From the NCBI GenBank assembly GCA_029213075.1, contig JARGPO010000080.1, forward strand, positions 34,658 through 98,657: a stretch of 64,000 bases of DNA. Reading direction: 5' to 3'. Shown piece after piece: positions 29,979 to 38,618 of the stretch; positions within the stretch are counted from its first letter, which is position 1; the number at the start of each line of letters is the position of its first letter. The DNA is from Legionellaceae bacterium. Its GTDB lineage: Bacteria > Pseudomonadota > Gammaproteobacteria > Legionellales > Legionellaceae. A program made the translations under genes and the position numbers. The notes beneath the pieces were generated by a model. The model did not search any database. It had not been told where the DNA came from and saw only the letters and a program-made list of their open reading frames with translations.

Positions 29979-31581
29979 CTTTAAAAATATCCGAACATGT
30001 CGAGCTACTAAGATGAATACAATACTTAGTAAATGTGTTCTTTTGAATTAAATATTCAATCAAAATGGCCTGTTCATCAGATGAGGTTTGAAAAGCATCA
30101 AACACCTGACTTTCTGCAATCAATTTTGTTATATCTGCATCGCCTAAATCACCACGACCAATACGATTAAACAATAGTTTAATATCTAATAATGGCAGTG
30201 CTTGAGGAATAGTTCTAATAATTATCCTGTTTGCACTTACAAAATCAAACCCTATCCCATATTTTAAAAGTCTTACTGCAAGATCCTCAAATAAAGCATA
30301 TTGCGAACTTTCTATTTCGTAATTAATTGGCACTAAAAGAGGCCTGCTCGGCAATTTCTCTACTTGACTATTAAGGATATGAGAAGAATATTGCTTATGA
30401 GCTTCTGCCAAATTCATTAAATATGGCAGACTATTCTTATAAACTAATGCAAATGAGTCATTCAAAATATGCGATACTTCTAACAAATCCTGCTCAGTAC
30501 TCGGCTCTAACGGCGCTCTTGTATAAAATTCATTAACTTCATCCTTTGGAATAAATGGCTCATTGTTTATTAACGGACTACTAACCTCTACCTCGCTTCC
30601 AAGACACGTAATAATTGAGGAAACTAGAAAATCATGCACCATACGTGGATCTTGAAAACGTAACTCATGCTTGGTTGGATGAACATTAACATCCATATCA
30701 CAACTAGGCATATCTAAATACAATAAACAAACTGGATAACGACCTTGATCTATAACATCTTGATAGGCTTGAGTTACCGCATGCTGTAGCAACTTATCTT
30801 TAACCATCCTATTATTAACATAAATCCATTGTTTATCGCGCTGACTGCGCTGATAAGATGGCCTACCAAGTAGGCCATGCAATGCTATGCTGCTAGATTC
30901 GACATTGACCTCAATGGAATCATCAATAAATCGTGAACCAAGTATTTTCTTAATTCTTAAGCGCCTTGAATTATCACATTTAGCCGTTGGTAGATTTAAT
31001 ATTTTCTTACCATTATGCTGCAAAGTAATTGATATTTCCGGTGAACTCAACGCAAAGCGTTTAACCACCTCTTCAATCGCTTGGAGCTCCGCTCTCTCTG
31101 TCTTAAGAAACTTTTTACGTACTGGCGCATTATAAAATAAATCATCAACCTCAATTGTTGTGCCAGGTGTTCTTGCGCATGGCGACAAAATAAAATCATC
31201 ATCCATAACTGTTAACATCGTGGCATGTTTTTGTGATTCTGGCCGAGATGAGATTTTTAAACGAGAAACCGATGCAATACTTGCCAAAGCCTCCCCCCGA
31301 AAACCCATACTGCTTATATTATACAAATCATTTAGCTCGGTAATTTTACTAGTAGCATGCGCAGATATAGCTAGTGGTAAATCATCTGCAAAAATACCAA
31401 CCCCATCGTCACTTATTTTTATTTGATTTAAACCTGCAAATCCTAACTCTATAGAGATATGAGTTGCTTTCGCATCAAGAGAATTCTCCAAAAGTTCTTT
31501 TACAACAGATGCTGGACGCTCAATTACTTCACCGGCCGCAATTTGATTAGCTATAATCGCTGGAAGTTGATGAATCCTCAT
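29971..31581 (-). CDS. mutL: DNA mismatch repair protein MutL
   Basis: GHKL ATPase motifs (AAGEVIERPASVVKELLENSLDA, DDGVGI, GFRGEALASI). At 536 aa it is short for MutL. Confidence 0.92.
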   Translation of the reverse strand: MRIHQLPAIIANQIAAGEVIERPASVVKELLENSLDAKATHISIELGFAGLNQIKISDDGVGIFADDLPLAISAHATSKITELNDLYNISSMGFRGEALASIASVSRLKISSRPESQKHATMLTVMDDDFILSPCARTPGTTIEVDDLFYNAPVRKKFLKTERAELQAIEEVVKRFALSSPEISITLQHNGKKILNLPTAKCDNSRRLRIKKILGSRFIDDSIEVNVESSSIALHGLLGRPSYQRSQRDKQWIYVNNRMVKDKLLQHAVTQAYQDVIDQGRYPVCLLYLDMPSCDMDVNVHPTKHELRFQDPRMVHDFLVSSIITCLGSEVEVSSPLINNEPFIPKDEVNEFYTRAPLEPSTEQDLLEVSHILNDSFALVYKNSLPYLMNLAEAHKQYSSHILNSQVEKLPSRPLLVPINYEIESSQYALFEDLAVRLLKYGIGFDFVSANRIIIRTIPQALPLLDIKLLFNRIGRGDLGDADITKLIAESQVFDAFQTSSDEQAILIEYLIQKNTFTKYCIHLSSSTCSDIFKDV

Positions 31582-31583
31582 AA

Positions 31584-32825
31584 TTAAACCTGTCTGGATA
31601 TCAACGGCAGAATATTGTTCCTAACAATTTTTCTGTTTGCCATAGACATAGCTTCAATACGACTACCATACGGCGGAAAGTTCCAAAAATAAGTTTTAAT
31701 CCCAGCAAAGATTGCCTTCGTCAAACGTGATTGGTAATGCGCATTAGTGAGGTTACGCTCTTCTCGTGGATTAGATATGAATCCAGTTTCTATTAATACT
31801 GACGGAATATCCGGTGATTTTAATACTACAAAACGTGCTTGCTCAACTCTTTTACTATGCAGTGAGGTCATTTTATCTAAATTATCTAAAACACTTTTGC
31901 CCATATTTAAACTAGCGTTGATAGTTGCTGTTTGCGAAAGGTCGATTAGAACCGTCCGAATAACACCATTTTGATCATCTAGACTGGATAAATCGACCCC
32001 CCCTAACTCTGAATAGTTTTCTTTCTCAGCAATCCACCTTGCTGCCTCACTTGTCGCACCTGTTTGCGACAAAGCAAATACTGACGCCCCGTGAGAGTCA
32101 TGATTGCCAAAAGCATCTGCATGAATTGCCACAAACAAGTCACCATCATACTTTCGAGCGATATCCATTCTCTCTCGCAAACCAACATAATAATCACCAC
32201 TACGAGTTAACACAGCTCGCATTCCTCTTTGATCATCAATTAATTTCTTAAGTTTTTTTGCAATAGCTAACACAATATGTTTTTCACGAGAGTTACGGAT
32301 GCCGATAGCACCTGGATCCTTTCCTCCATGACCTGGATCAATAATAACTACGACATCGCGAAGAGTCTTTTTAGGTGCGCTTGAAACGGCAACTACCGAA
32401 GTTTTTTTAATTGCGTGTTTAGGATTAGTATTTATTTCAACCTTTAAAATTGTTTCATGAGGATTTGGGGTTTTTAACTTAACTTCCTTAAACAAAACAG
32501 CTTGCTTTAAATCAAGTACCAGGCGAAGGGTGTTTTTATTTGGGTGACCAACTCGAAGTTTTCTAATCAAATTATTTTCAACTACTATTTTTTCAGGATC
32601 AAAGCTTAAATCAGTATTGTTAAAATCAAAAACAAGCCTATCCGGTGCACGAAGAGGATAAACTTTATGCTTATAATTACCAGATATTTTAAATAAAATT
32701 GTCTTCACTCTTGTACCGTTAACAATTTTAATCGAATCTAATTTAGCGGCAAGTGCATTTTGATTGGTTAAAAAAAACCCTAAAAGAAGAAATAATTTCA
32801 ACAAAACAACAATTTGAGCTCTCAT
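31584..32825 (-). CDS. amiB: N-acetylmuramoyl-L-alanine amidase (AMIN domain + Amidase_3)
   Basis: Signal peptide, AMIN-like N-domain, and catalytic blocks IDPGHGGKDPGA, IHADA and ETGFISN. The tsaE-amiB-mutL-miaA order matches E. coli. Confidence 0.88.
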   Translation of the reverse strand: MRAQIVVLLKLFLLLGFFLTNQNALAAKLDSIKIVNGTRVKTILFKISGNYKHKVYPLRAPDRLVFDFNNTDLSFDPEKIVVENNLIRKLRVGHPNKNTLRLVLDLKQAVLFKEVKLKTPNPHETILKVEINTNPKHAIKKTSVVAVSSAPKKTLRDVVVIIDPGHGGKDPGAIGIRNSREKHIVLAIAKKLKKLIDDQRGMRAVLTRSGDYYVGLRERMDIARKYDGDLFVAIHADAFGNHDSHGASVFALSQTGATSEAARWIAEKENYSELGGVDLSSLDDQNGVIRTVLIDLSQTATINASLNMGKSVLDNLDKMTSLHSKRVEQARFVVLKSPDIPSVLIETGFISNPREERNLTNAHYQSRLTKAIFAGIKTYFWNFPPYGSRIEAMSMANRKIVRNNILPLISRQV

Positions 32826-33280
32826 AGAGAATCTTCTATTCCAGTCAACAACTTCAAACCTTCAGGACTTATTGCATCTGCATGTAATAAACGTCCATCT
32901 CCCTGTCGTACTAAGTTGATAGCAAGATCAACTCGTAATAAATTACTGCTAACTCTTTCAGGCCATTCAATACAACAAATATCCGAAGAGCCAAAATAAT
33001 CCCTAAAACCAATATACTCTAATTCTTCTTCATCGCAAATACGATACAAATCAAAATGATGTAATTGGGACTGACCTAGCTCATAACTTTCTACTAATGA
33101 AAAAGTTGGGCTCTTAATTGACGAAGAAACCCCCAAAGCTTGTAACATAAAACGAATTAAGGTTGTTTTACCCATACCAATCTCACCACTAAAAGTCAGA
33201 ACTAATGGAGATTTAATATGTTTGGCAAGACATGCCGCAAAATTTTTACTTTCATCCTCTGTTGGCAAATGAAATGGCAT
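32822..33280 (-). CDS. tsaE: tRNA t6A37 biosynthesis ATPase TsaE
   Basis: GEIGMGKTT P-loop, SPTFSLV and HFDLYR motifs. Confidence 0.9.
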   Translation of the reverse strand: MPFHLPTEDESKNFAACLAKHIKSPLVLTFSGEIGMGKTTLIRFMLQALGVSSSIKSPTFSLVESYELGQSQLHHFDLYRICDEEELEYIGFRDYFGSSDICCIEWPERVSSNLLRVDLAINLVRQGDGRLLHADAISPEGLKLLTGIEDSL

Positions 33281-33316
33281 GCGGCAAACTCCTACAAATT
33301 AAAATAACAACAGGCT

Positions 33317-33760
33317 TTAATCGCTATCTTCTTCTTTTGAGTCTTTCTTAACTAAAGTTAAAAATGGCTTAGCTTTAGAAGTAGTCTTTGCGCTAGATCG
33401 TGAGCTTGAACCTGATTTTGATAACACTGGTGGAGCTGTAGGCTCATCATACTCTGGTCCAAATTCCATACCACGTCCATTTTCTTTTGCATATATTGCT
33501 AATACGGCTTCTGGTGTGACAAAAATCTGTGTGGTTTGTCCAGAAAATCTAGCTGTAAATAATATTTTATCATTTTCAATATGCAATCCTCGGCAAGCCC
33601 GAGGAGAGATATTTAAAATTATTTTGCCATCGTTAACGAACTCTTGAGGAACCTCAACATCATTGTTCATAGCATCAACTAACAAATACGGTGTTAAATC
33701 ATTATCCACAACCCAATCATAGACTGCACGGATAAAATATGGCTTGTTTGATGTCATCAT
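33317..33760 (-). CDS. sspB: ClpXP adaptor / stringent starvation protein B
   Basis: N-terminal PYFIRAVYDWVVDNDLTPYLLV fold block and a disordered S/K-rich tail. Downstream of sspA. Confidence 0.9.
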   Translation of the reverse strand: MMTSNKPYFIRAVYDWVVDNDLTPYLLVDAMNNDVEVPQEFVNDGKIILNISPRACRGLHIENDKILFTARFSGQTTQIFVTPEAVLAIYAKENGRGMEFGPEYDEPTAPPVLSKSGSSSRSSAKTTSKAKPFLTLVKKDSKEEDSD

Positions 33761-33765
33761 GATAA

Positions 33766-34386
33766 TTACGCTGCCCTTAGCTGCCTCTCAGCACTAGTTA
33801 AACTTTCTTGGAATGAAGCACGAGCAAACAGACGCTCCATATAAGCATGCAGCCCTACTGACTCCTCGGGTATAATAACTCCTAATGCTGGCAAACGCCA
33901 TAATAATGGAGCTAAAGAGCAATCTAGTAAAGAAAATTCTTCACTTAAAAAGTAAGGCTTATCAGCAAATACAGGTTCAATGTTAATTAAACTATCAAGC
34001 ATAGCTTTTTTAGCATCTTCATCTGTAGGATCTACAATAATTTTATGCACCAAGCTATACCAATCATTTTCGATACGATGCATCATTTTACGAGTTTCTG
34101 CTCTTGCAACCGGATATACTGGTAATAAAGGAGGATGAGGAAAACGCTCGTCTAAATATTCAATAATAATTTTTGAATCATATAATACTAACTCACGGTC
34201 AATAAGCGTAGGTAGTGTAGCATATGGATTTACTGAAAGTAGATTACTAGTAGGCTCGTCTGCTTTTGCTGGTATTATCTCAACATTAACACCCTTTTCA
34301 GCAAGTACAATCCTAACCTGGTGACTGTACATATCGTCTTGATCCGAGTGTAACGACATTATTGTGCGCTTTGTGATAATAGCCAT
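33766..34386 (-). CDS. sspA: stringent starvation protein A (GST-like)
   Basis: Collinear with E. coli SspA (YSHQVRIVLAEKGV, ERFPHPPLLPVYPVAR, PYFLSEEFSLLDC.LAPLLWRLP). Start at MAIITKR by alignment. Confidence 0.93.
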   Translation of the reverse strand: MAIITKRTIMSLHSDQDDMYSHQVRIVLAEKGVNVEIIPAKADEPTSNLLSVNPYATLPTLIDRELVLYDSKIIIEYLDERFPHPPLLPVYPVARAETRKMMHRIENDWYSLVHKIIVDPTDEDAKKAMLDSLINIEPVFADKPYFLSEEFSLLDCSLAPLLWRLPALGVIIPEESVGLHAYMERLFARASFQESLTSAERQLRAA

Positions 34387-34464
34387 CAAAAACTCTCCTA
34401 AAAATTTATTTAGCAAAAAGATGACCAGTATAACATATTTTAATGGCTTTAGGGTGATAGTTCT

Positions 34465-35007
34465 TCATTTTATCTCTTTGCGCCTATATTCAACAAAAAA
34501 CCAGCCGAAAAATACTAAGAAAACAATGAGAAATCCTATTACAAAAACACCCATTTTAGCACTAATATCTTTGTTTGGGTTCGCAACATAAACTAAAAAA
34601 TCAACTATATCATCAACAGCTTGAAGATAATCATGTGAATATAAACCAGCATGCTCTTGCCCCGCCAACAAAACATTTGGCATTTGTACATTAGGAAATA
34701 TTTTATTATTTACACCAAACGGACGTGATGCGTCAGGATAAAATCCGGTTAAATATTCCCGCAACCAAAGCTTACCACGAACCTTGGCAATAAGAGATAA
34801 ATCTGGCGGCTGTATTCCAAACCATAATACGGCTTCATCGGCTGGCATGCTAACTAATGGGTAAGAGGTATATTGTAAACTATGACAACCATTACAATGA
34901 TTTAAAAATAAATCCTCACCACGTTTAAAAGACTTATTATCATATGCATATGTTTTTGCAATAATTAACAAACCCACTAAAATTATTTGCCAAGGCTTGT
35001 ACTTCAT
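34465..35007 (-). CDS. petC: cytochrome c1 subunit of the bc1 complex (compact form)
   Basis: Signal/anchor N-terminus, single haem motif CNGCH, PPDLS block and a C-terminal TM anchor. Third gene of the pet operon. Only 180 aa. Confidence 0.82.
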   Translation of the reverse strand: MKYKPWQIILVGLLIIAKTYAYDNKSFKRGEDLFLNHCNGCHSLQYTSYPLVSMPADEAVLWFGIQPPDLSLIAKVRGKLWLREYLTGFYPDASRPFGVNNKIFPNVQMPNVLLAGQEHAGLYSHDYLQAVDDIVDFLVYVANPNKDISAKMGVFVIGFLIVFLVFFGWFFVEYRRKEIK

Positions 35008-36215
35008 GCAGATATTCTCGTTGGTGGCTCTTTATGTTTTTCTAATTTTGTGTAAATTGGCATTAATAGAAAATAGCTGAAATATACAAAAATACAAACT
35101 CTAGCTAACAATTGCTCTAGCCAATTCGGCTCCTTCATCCCTAAGTATCCTAATAATAAAAAGCTAACTACTAAAGAATATAATCCGCATTTAGAATAAC
35201 AACCCTTATAGCGCATCGATCGAACCGGGCTTTTATCAAGCCAGGGTAGAAAAAAAAGAATTAGCAAAGAAGACATCATCAAAAAAACTCCAAGAGCTTT
35301 ATTCGGTATAGCTCGAAGAATTGAGTAAAATGGCATCATGTACCAAACAGGTTTAATTTGCTCTGGTGATTGCAATGTATCTGCTTTAAGGTAATTTGCT
35401 GGCTCAAGAAAGTATCCACCCATATCTGGACAGAAAAATACAATCGCAAAAAATATTATTAAAAAAATCAAAATAGCCAAGAAGTCTTTCAACATAAAAT
35501 ATGGATAAAAGGGTATAGAATCTAATGGTCGACTATTTTTGCCCGATACTTTCTTAATATCAATACCATCAGGATTGTTTGATCCAACATGATGAATTGC
35601 AACAATATGCAAAAATATGAAAAACAAAATCAATAACGGGAAGGCAATAACATGTAGAGAGTAAAATCGCTGTAATGTTACTGTACTAACAACAAAATCA
35701 CCTCTAACCCAGATTACAAGTTTCTCGCCAAAATATGGTATTACACTAAATAGTGAAGTAATGACCTGGCCTGCCCAATAAGACATCTGCCCCCAAGGTA
35801 ACAAATAACCAAAAAAAGATTGGGCCAAACTGATTACAAACAACATCACACCTAAAATCCAAACTAACTCACGTGGTTTTTGATAGGAACCATAAAGAAG
35901 TCCTCGAAAAAGATGTAGATATAAAACGATATAAAATGCCGACGCACCAGTCGTATGCATATGTCTTAGTAACCAACCAAAATTCACATCTCGCATTATA
36001 TATTCAATTGAGTTAAAAGCCTCGGCTGCGCTAGGAGTGTAAAACATGCTAAGCCAAATCCCGGTAAATAATTGGTTAAATAAAACCAATAAAGCCAAAG
36101 CACCGAAACAATAATAAACATTTAAATTTTTGGGAATATAATATTGACTACAGTAACGTTGAAAAGTACTAACCAATGGTAGTCTAGCATCAAGCCAAGA
36201 AAAAATTTTTTTCAT
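35004..36215 (-). CDS. petB: cytochrome b
   Basis: 403 aa, polytopic, with conserved His-containing helices. Lies between the Rieske and c1 genes. Confidence 0.93.
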   Translation of the reverse strand: MKKIFSWLDARLPLVSTFQRYCSQYYIPKNLNVYYCFGALALLVLFNQLFTGIWLSMFYTPSAAEAFNSIEYIMRDVNFGWLLRHMHTTGASAFYIVLYLHLFRGLLYGSYQKPRELVWILGVMLFVISLAQSFFGYLLPWGQMSYWAGQVITSLFSVIPYFGEKLVIWVRGDFVVSTVTLQRFYSLHVIAFPLLILFFIFLHIVAIHHVGSNNPDGIDIKKVSGKNSRPLDSIPFYPYFMLKDFLAILIFLIIFFAIVFFCPDMGGYFLEPANYLKADTLQSPEQIKPVWYMMPFYSILRAIPNKALGVFLMMSSLLILFFLPWLDKSPVRSMRYKGCYSKCGLYSLVVSFLLLGYLGMKEPNWLEQLLARVCIFVYFSYFLLMPIYTKLEKHKEPPTRISA

Positions 36216-36217
36216 TG

Positions 36218-36823
36218 TTAAACTTCACCTATTTCTAGCACGTCTTCGCTTATAAAACGATGTGGCGGCACCTCGAGATTAATAGGTGCTGGTACCCCTT
36301 TGTATACACGACCTGCTAAATCAAAACGTGAACCATGGCATGGACAATAAAAACCATCTGGCTCTGATTTTTTATCCTGTGACTGCAGCTTTGGAGAGCA
36401 ACCAAGATGCGTGCATAAACCAACTAAGACCAGATACTTAGGGCTAATAGCCCGATATTTATTTCTTGCATAACCTGGTTGTTGGTCCACCTTTGAGTCA
36501 GGATCGCGTAGCTGACTTTCATTGATATTAATCTTGTTTAGCATTGCTTGATTACGATGTAAAATCCAAATCGGCTTTCCTCGCCATTGCACTGTCATTT
36601 TTTGTCCTGGTAATAAAGAACTAAGATCAACCGTCACTGGTGCATTTTCTGTAAGAATTTTTTTGCTAGGATTTAAAGACGAAACAAAAGGCGTGATTGC
36701 AAGAATAGCGCTTAGACTACCAAGTAATTTTATTCCATTTAATAAAAATTCTCGGCGAGACTCATCCACTTTATTATCTTGGGTTTTAATAGTCTGTGTT
36801 TTAGCTTTTTTGCGAAGAAACAA
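36218..36823 (-). CDS. petA: ubiquinol-cytochrome c reductase Rieske iron-sulfur subunit
   Basis: Twin-arginine-like SRREFL N-terminus and the Rieske boxes CTHLGC and CPCHGS. Confidence 0.93.
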   Translation of the reverse strand: MFLRKKAKTQTIKTQDNKVDESRREFLLNGIKLLGSLSAILAITPFVSSLNPSKKILTENAPVTVDLSSLLPGQKMTVQWRGKPIWILHRNQAMLNKININESQLRDPDSKVDQQPGYARNKYRAISPKYLVLVGLCTHLGCSPKLQSQDKKSEPDGFYCPCHGSRFDLAGRVYKGVPAPINLEVPPHRFISEDVLEIGEV

Positions 36824-36857
36824 ATCTAATTATCTCCTGAAGGCTATTGGGAATACT

Positions 36858-36938
36858 TAGGGTCTGTTGACAATTGGTGCCACGGCCAAAAACCATGATA
36901 ATTTTTGACTCGCGCACCCAATTGTCAACAGACCCTAG
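36858..36938. repeat. long inverted repeat (about 20-24-bp arms, 33-nt loop) between rpsI and petA
   Basis: TAGGGTCTGTTGACAATTGG(T)GC ... GCACCCAATTGTCAACAGACCCTA. The 20-bp core is perfect. Confidence 0.75.
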
Positions 36939-37024
36939 TAATAACACGACAAGCAGGAGAAATTTTTTATACCACCATTTCGATGGTCTTACTCATATCT
37001 AGGTAGATAAAGAGAATATTATAT

Positions 37025-37061
37025 CAAGAGCCCAGTAGTTAAAAATTTTACCGGGCTCTTG
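37025..37061 (-). terminator. candidate terminator hairpin downstream of rpsI
   Basis: CAAGAGCCC-19 nt-GGGCTCTTG (9-bp stem), 72 nt after the rpsI stop. There is no strong U-tract. Confidence 0.35.
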
Positions 37062-37132
37062 AATTCCATCTTGCCTACCCTCAACATGAGATTCATCCTG
37101 AGGATGACAATAATGCTCGAGGTAACGTTGTT

Positions 37133-37564
37133 TTAACGCTTAGAATACTGTGTTGCGCGACGAGCTTTATGTAACCCAACTTTTTTACGTTCAACTTTAC
37201 GAGAATCTCTCGTTAGCAATCCGCGAGCTCTCAGTTTACGACGATGAGAATCTGGAGATGGTTCAGCATCTTCCGGTAAATCACCTTCGTCATACTGTAC
37301 TAGAGCACGAGCGATACCTAAACGAATAGCTCCTGCTTGTCCAGAAATACCACCGCCAACAACAGTTGCGTAGATATCAAAGTTAGACAAAGAATCAACA
37401 GTTTCTAAAGGTTGACGAATAACCATTGAAGATGTTTCTCGTCCGAAATAATCGGCTAGGGCACGATCATTAACAATAATTTCACCTTTACCAGGGCGTA
37501 AAAATACACGAGCTGTAGAACTCTTTCTTCGACCAGTACCATAGTATTGCTTCGTTTGAGCCAT
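37133..37564 (-). CDS. rpsI: 30S ribosomal protein S9
   Basis: [14 protein letters not shown]...[11 protein letters not shown]...[20 protein letters not shown]. Carries a roughly 13-aa acidic/Pro insertion relative to E. coli S9. Confidence 0.95.
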   Translation of the reverse strand: MAQTKQYYGTGRRKSSTARVFLRPGKGEIIVNDRALADYFGRETSSMVIRQPLETVDSLSNFDIYATVVGGGISGQAGAIRLGIARALVQYDEGDLPEDAEPSPDSHRRKLRARGLLTRDSRKVERKKVGLHKARRATQYSKR

Positions 37565-37569
37565 ATTAC

Positions 37570-38004
37570 TTATTCCTCAATATTTAGTTGTTTAGGCTGT
37601 TGAGCCTCATGCGGGTGTTCTTCACCAACATAAATTTTGAGTTTACGGTACATGTCTCGGCCCAAAGAATTTTTGGGGAGCATTCCTTTAACTGCGCGCT
37701 CAAGAATTTTCGCTGGTCGCTGTGCTTGCAATTTATCGAAAGAAATTTCTTTTATGCCACCAGGAAAACCAGAGTGACTATAATACATTTTATCTTTGAA
37801 CTTGCGGCCAGTTACTCGTAGCTTCTCTACGTTGGTAACAACAATATAATCGCCAGTATCAACATGAGGCGTATATTCTGCCTTATGCTTACCACGTAAA
37901 CGACTTGCAATTTCTGTGGCTAGACGACCCAAAACTTTGTCACTAGCATCTACTATAAACCAATCACGCTTAACTTCGTGTGATTTGGCGCTAAATGTTT
38001 TCAT
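37570..38004 (-). CDS. rplM: 50S ribosomal protein L13
   Basis: MKTFSAK...[15 protein letters not shown] pattern, immediately upstream of rpsI. Confidence 0.95.
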   Translation of the reverse strand: MKTFSAKSHEVKRDWFIVDASDKVLGRLATEIASRLRGKHKAEYTPHVDTGDYIVVTNVEKLRVTGRKFKDKMYYSHSGFPGGIKEISFDKLQAQRPAKILERAVKGMLPKNSLGRDMYRKLKIYVGEEHPHEAQQPKQLNIEE

Positions 38005-38145
38005 TTAAATAACTCCATACCGCAGGCTAACTATTAAACTTAGACGGGCGATTTTAACTAAAATTAACAAGTTCTACAAGTAAAAAAAGAAAAAATATAT
38101 TTTCTAGCTCAAAAACACTTATAGTCTTGCCCCAAATTGAAAATT

Positions 38146-38171
38146 AATTTATGCGCATACGCACATAAATT
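38146..38171 (-). terminator. candidate terminator hairpin downstream of ihfA
   Basis: AATTTATGCGC-ATAC-GCACATAAATT forms an 11-bp stem with one mismatch. It lies 50 nt after the ihfA stop and is followed on the minus strand by an A/T-rich tract. Confidence 0.4.
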
Positions 38172-38219
38172 ACGTGTTCTAACTTGCAAAGATTTGGCCA
38201 ATTTACAACCTAATGGCTA

Positions 38220-38531
38220 TTAACTATTGTTATTATCTATTTTCATTTTAAGTTTTAAACCTGGCTTAAAAGTAACTACTCTTCTTGCCAGAACCGGCAC
38301 AACTTCACCAGTTTTTGGATTCCTTCCTGGTCTCTCTGGTTTATCTCTTAAAATAAAATTTCCAAATCCTGAAAGCTTAACATGATGCCCTGATTCAAGA
38401 AGAATCTTCATCTCTTCAAAAAACTCATCAACCATCAATTTTGCATCTGGCTTAGACAATTTAAGCTCTTCACATAATGCCTCAGCCATTATTACTTTAC
38501 TTAGTGTAGTCACGGTAATGTCCCTCTCCAT
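38220..38531 (-). CDS. ihfA: integration host factor subunit alpha
   Basis: [33 protein letters not shown] matches IhfA. Alignment with E. coli and a GGAGAGG SD favour a GTG start at 38513 over the ATG at 38531. Confidence 0.9.
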   Translation of the reverse strand: MERDITVTTLSKVIMAEALCEELKLSKPDAKLMVDEFFEEMKILLESGHHVKLSGFGNFILRDKPERPGRNPKTGEVVPVLARRVVTFKPGLKLKMKIDNNNS

Positions 38532-38618
38532 GGTCTATCTTCACCCATACAACACAAAAAATTTAAAATTACTATAAATCTCCATAATGAGAAATCAAGT
38601 TAAATAAAATTTAATAAT

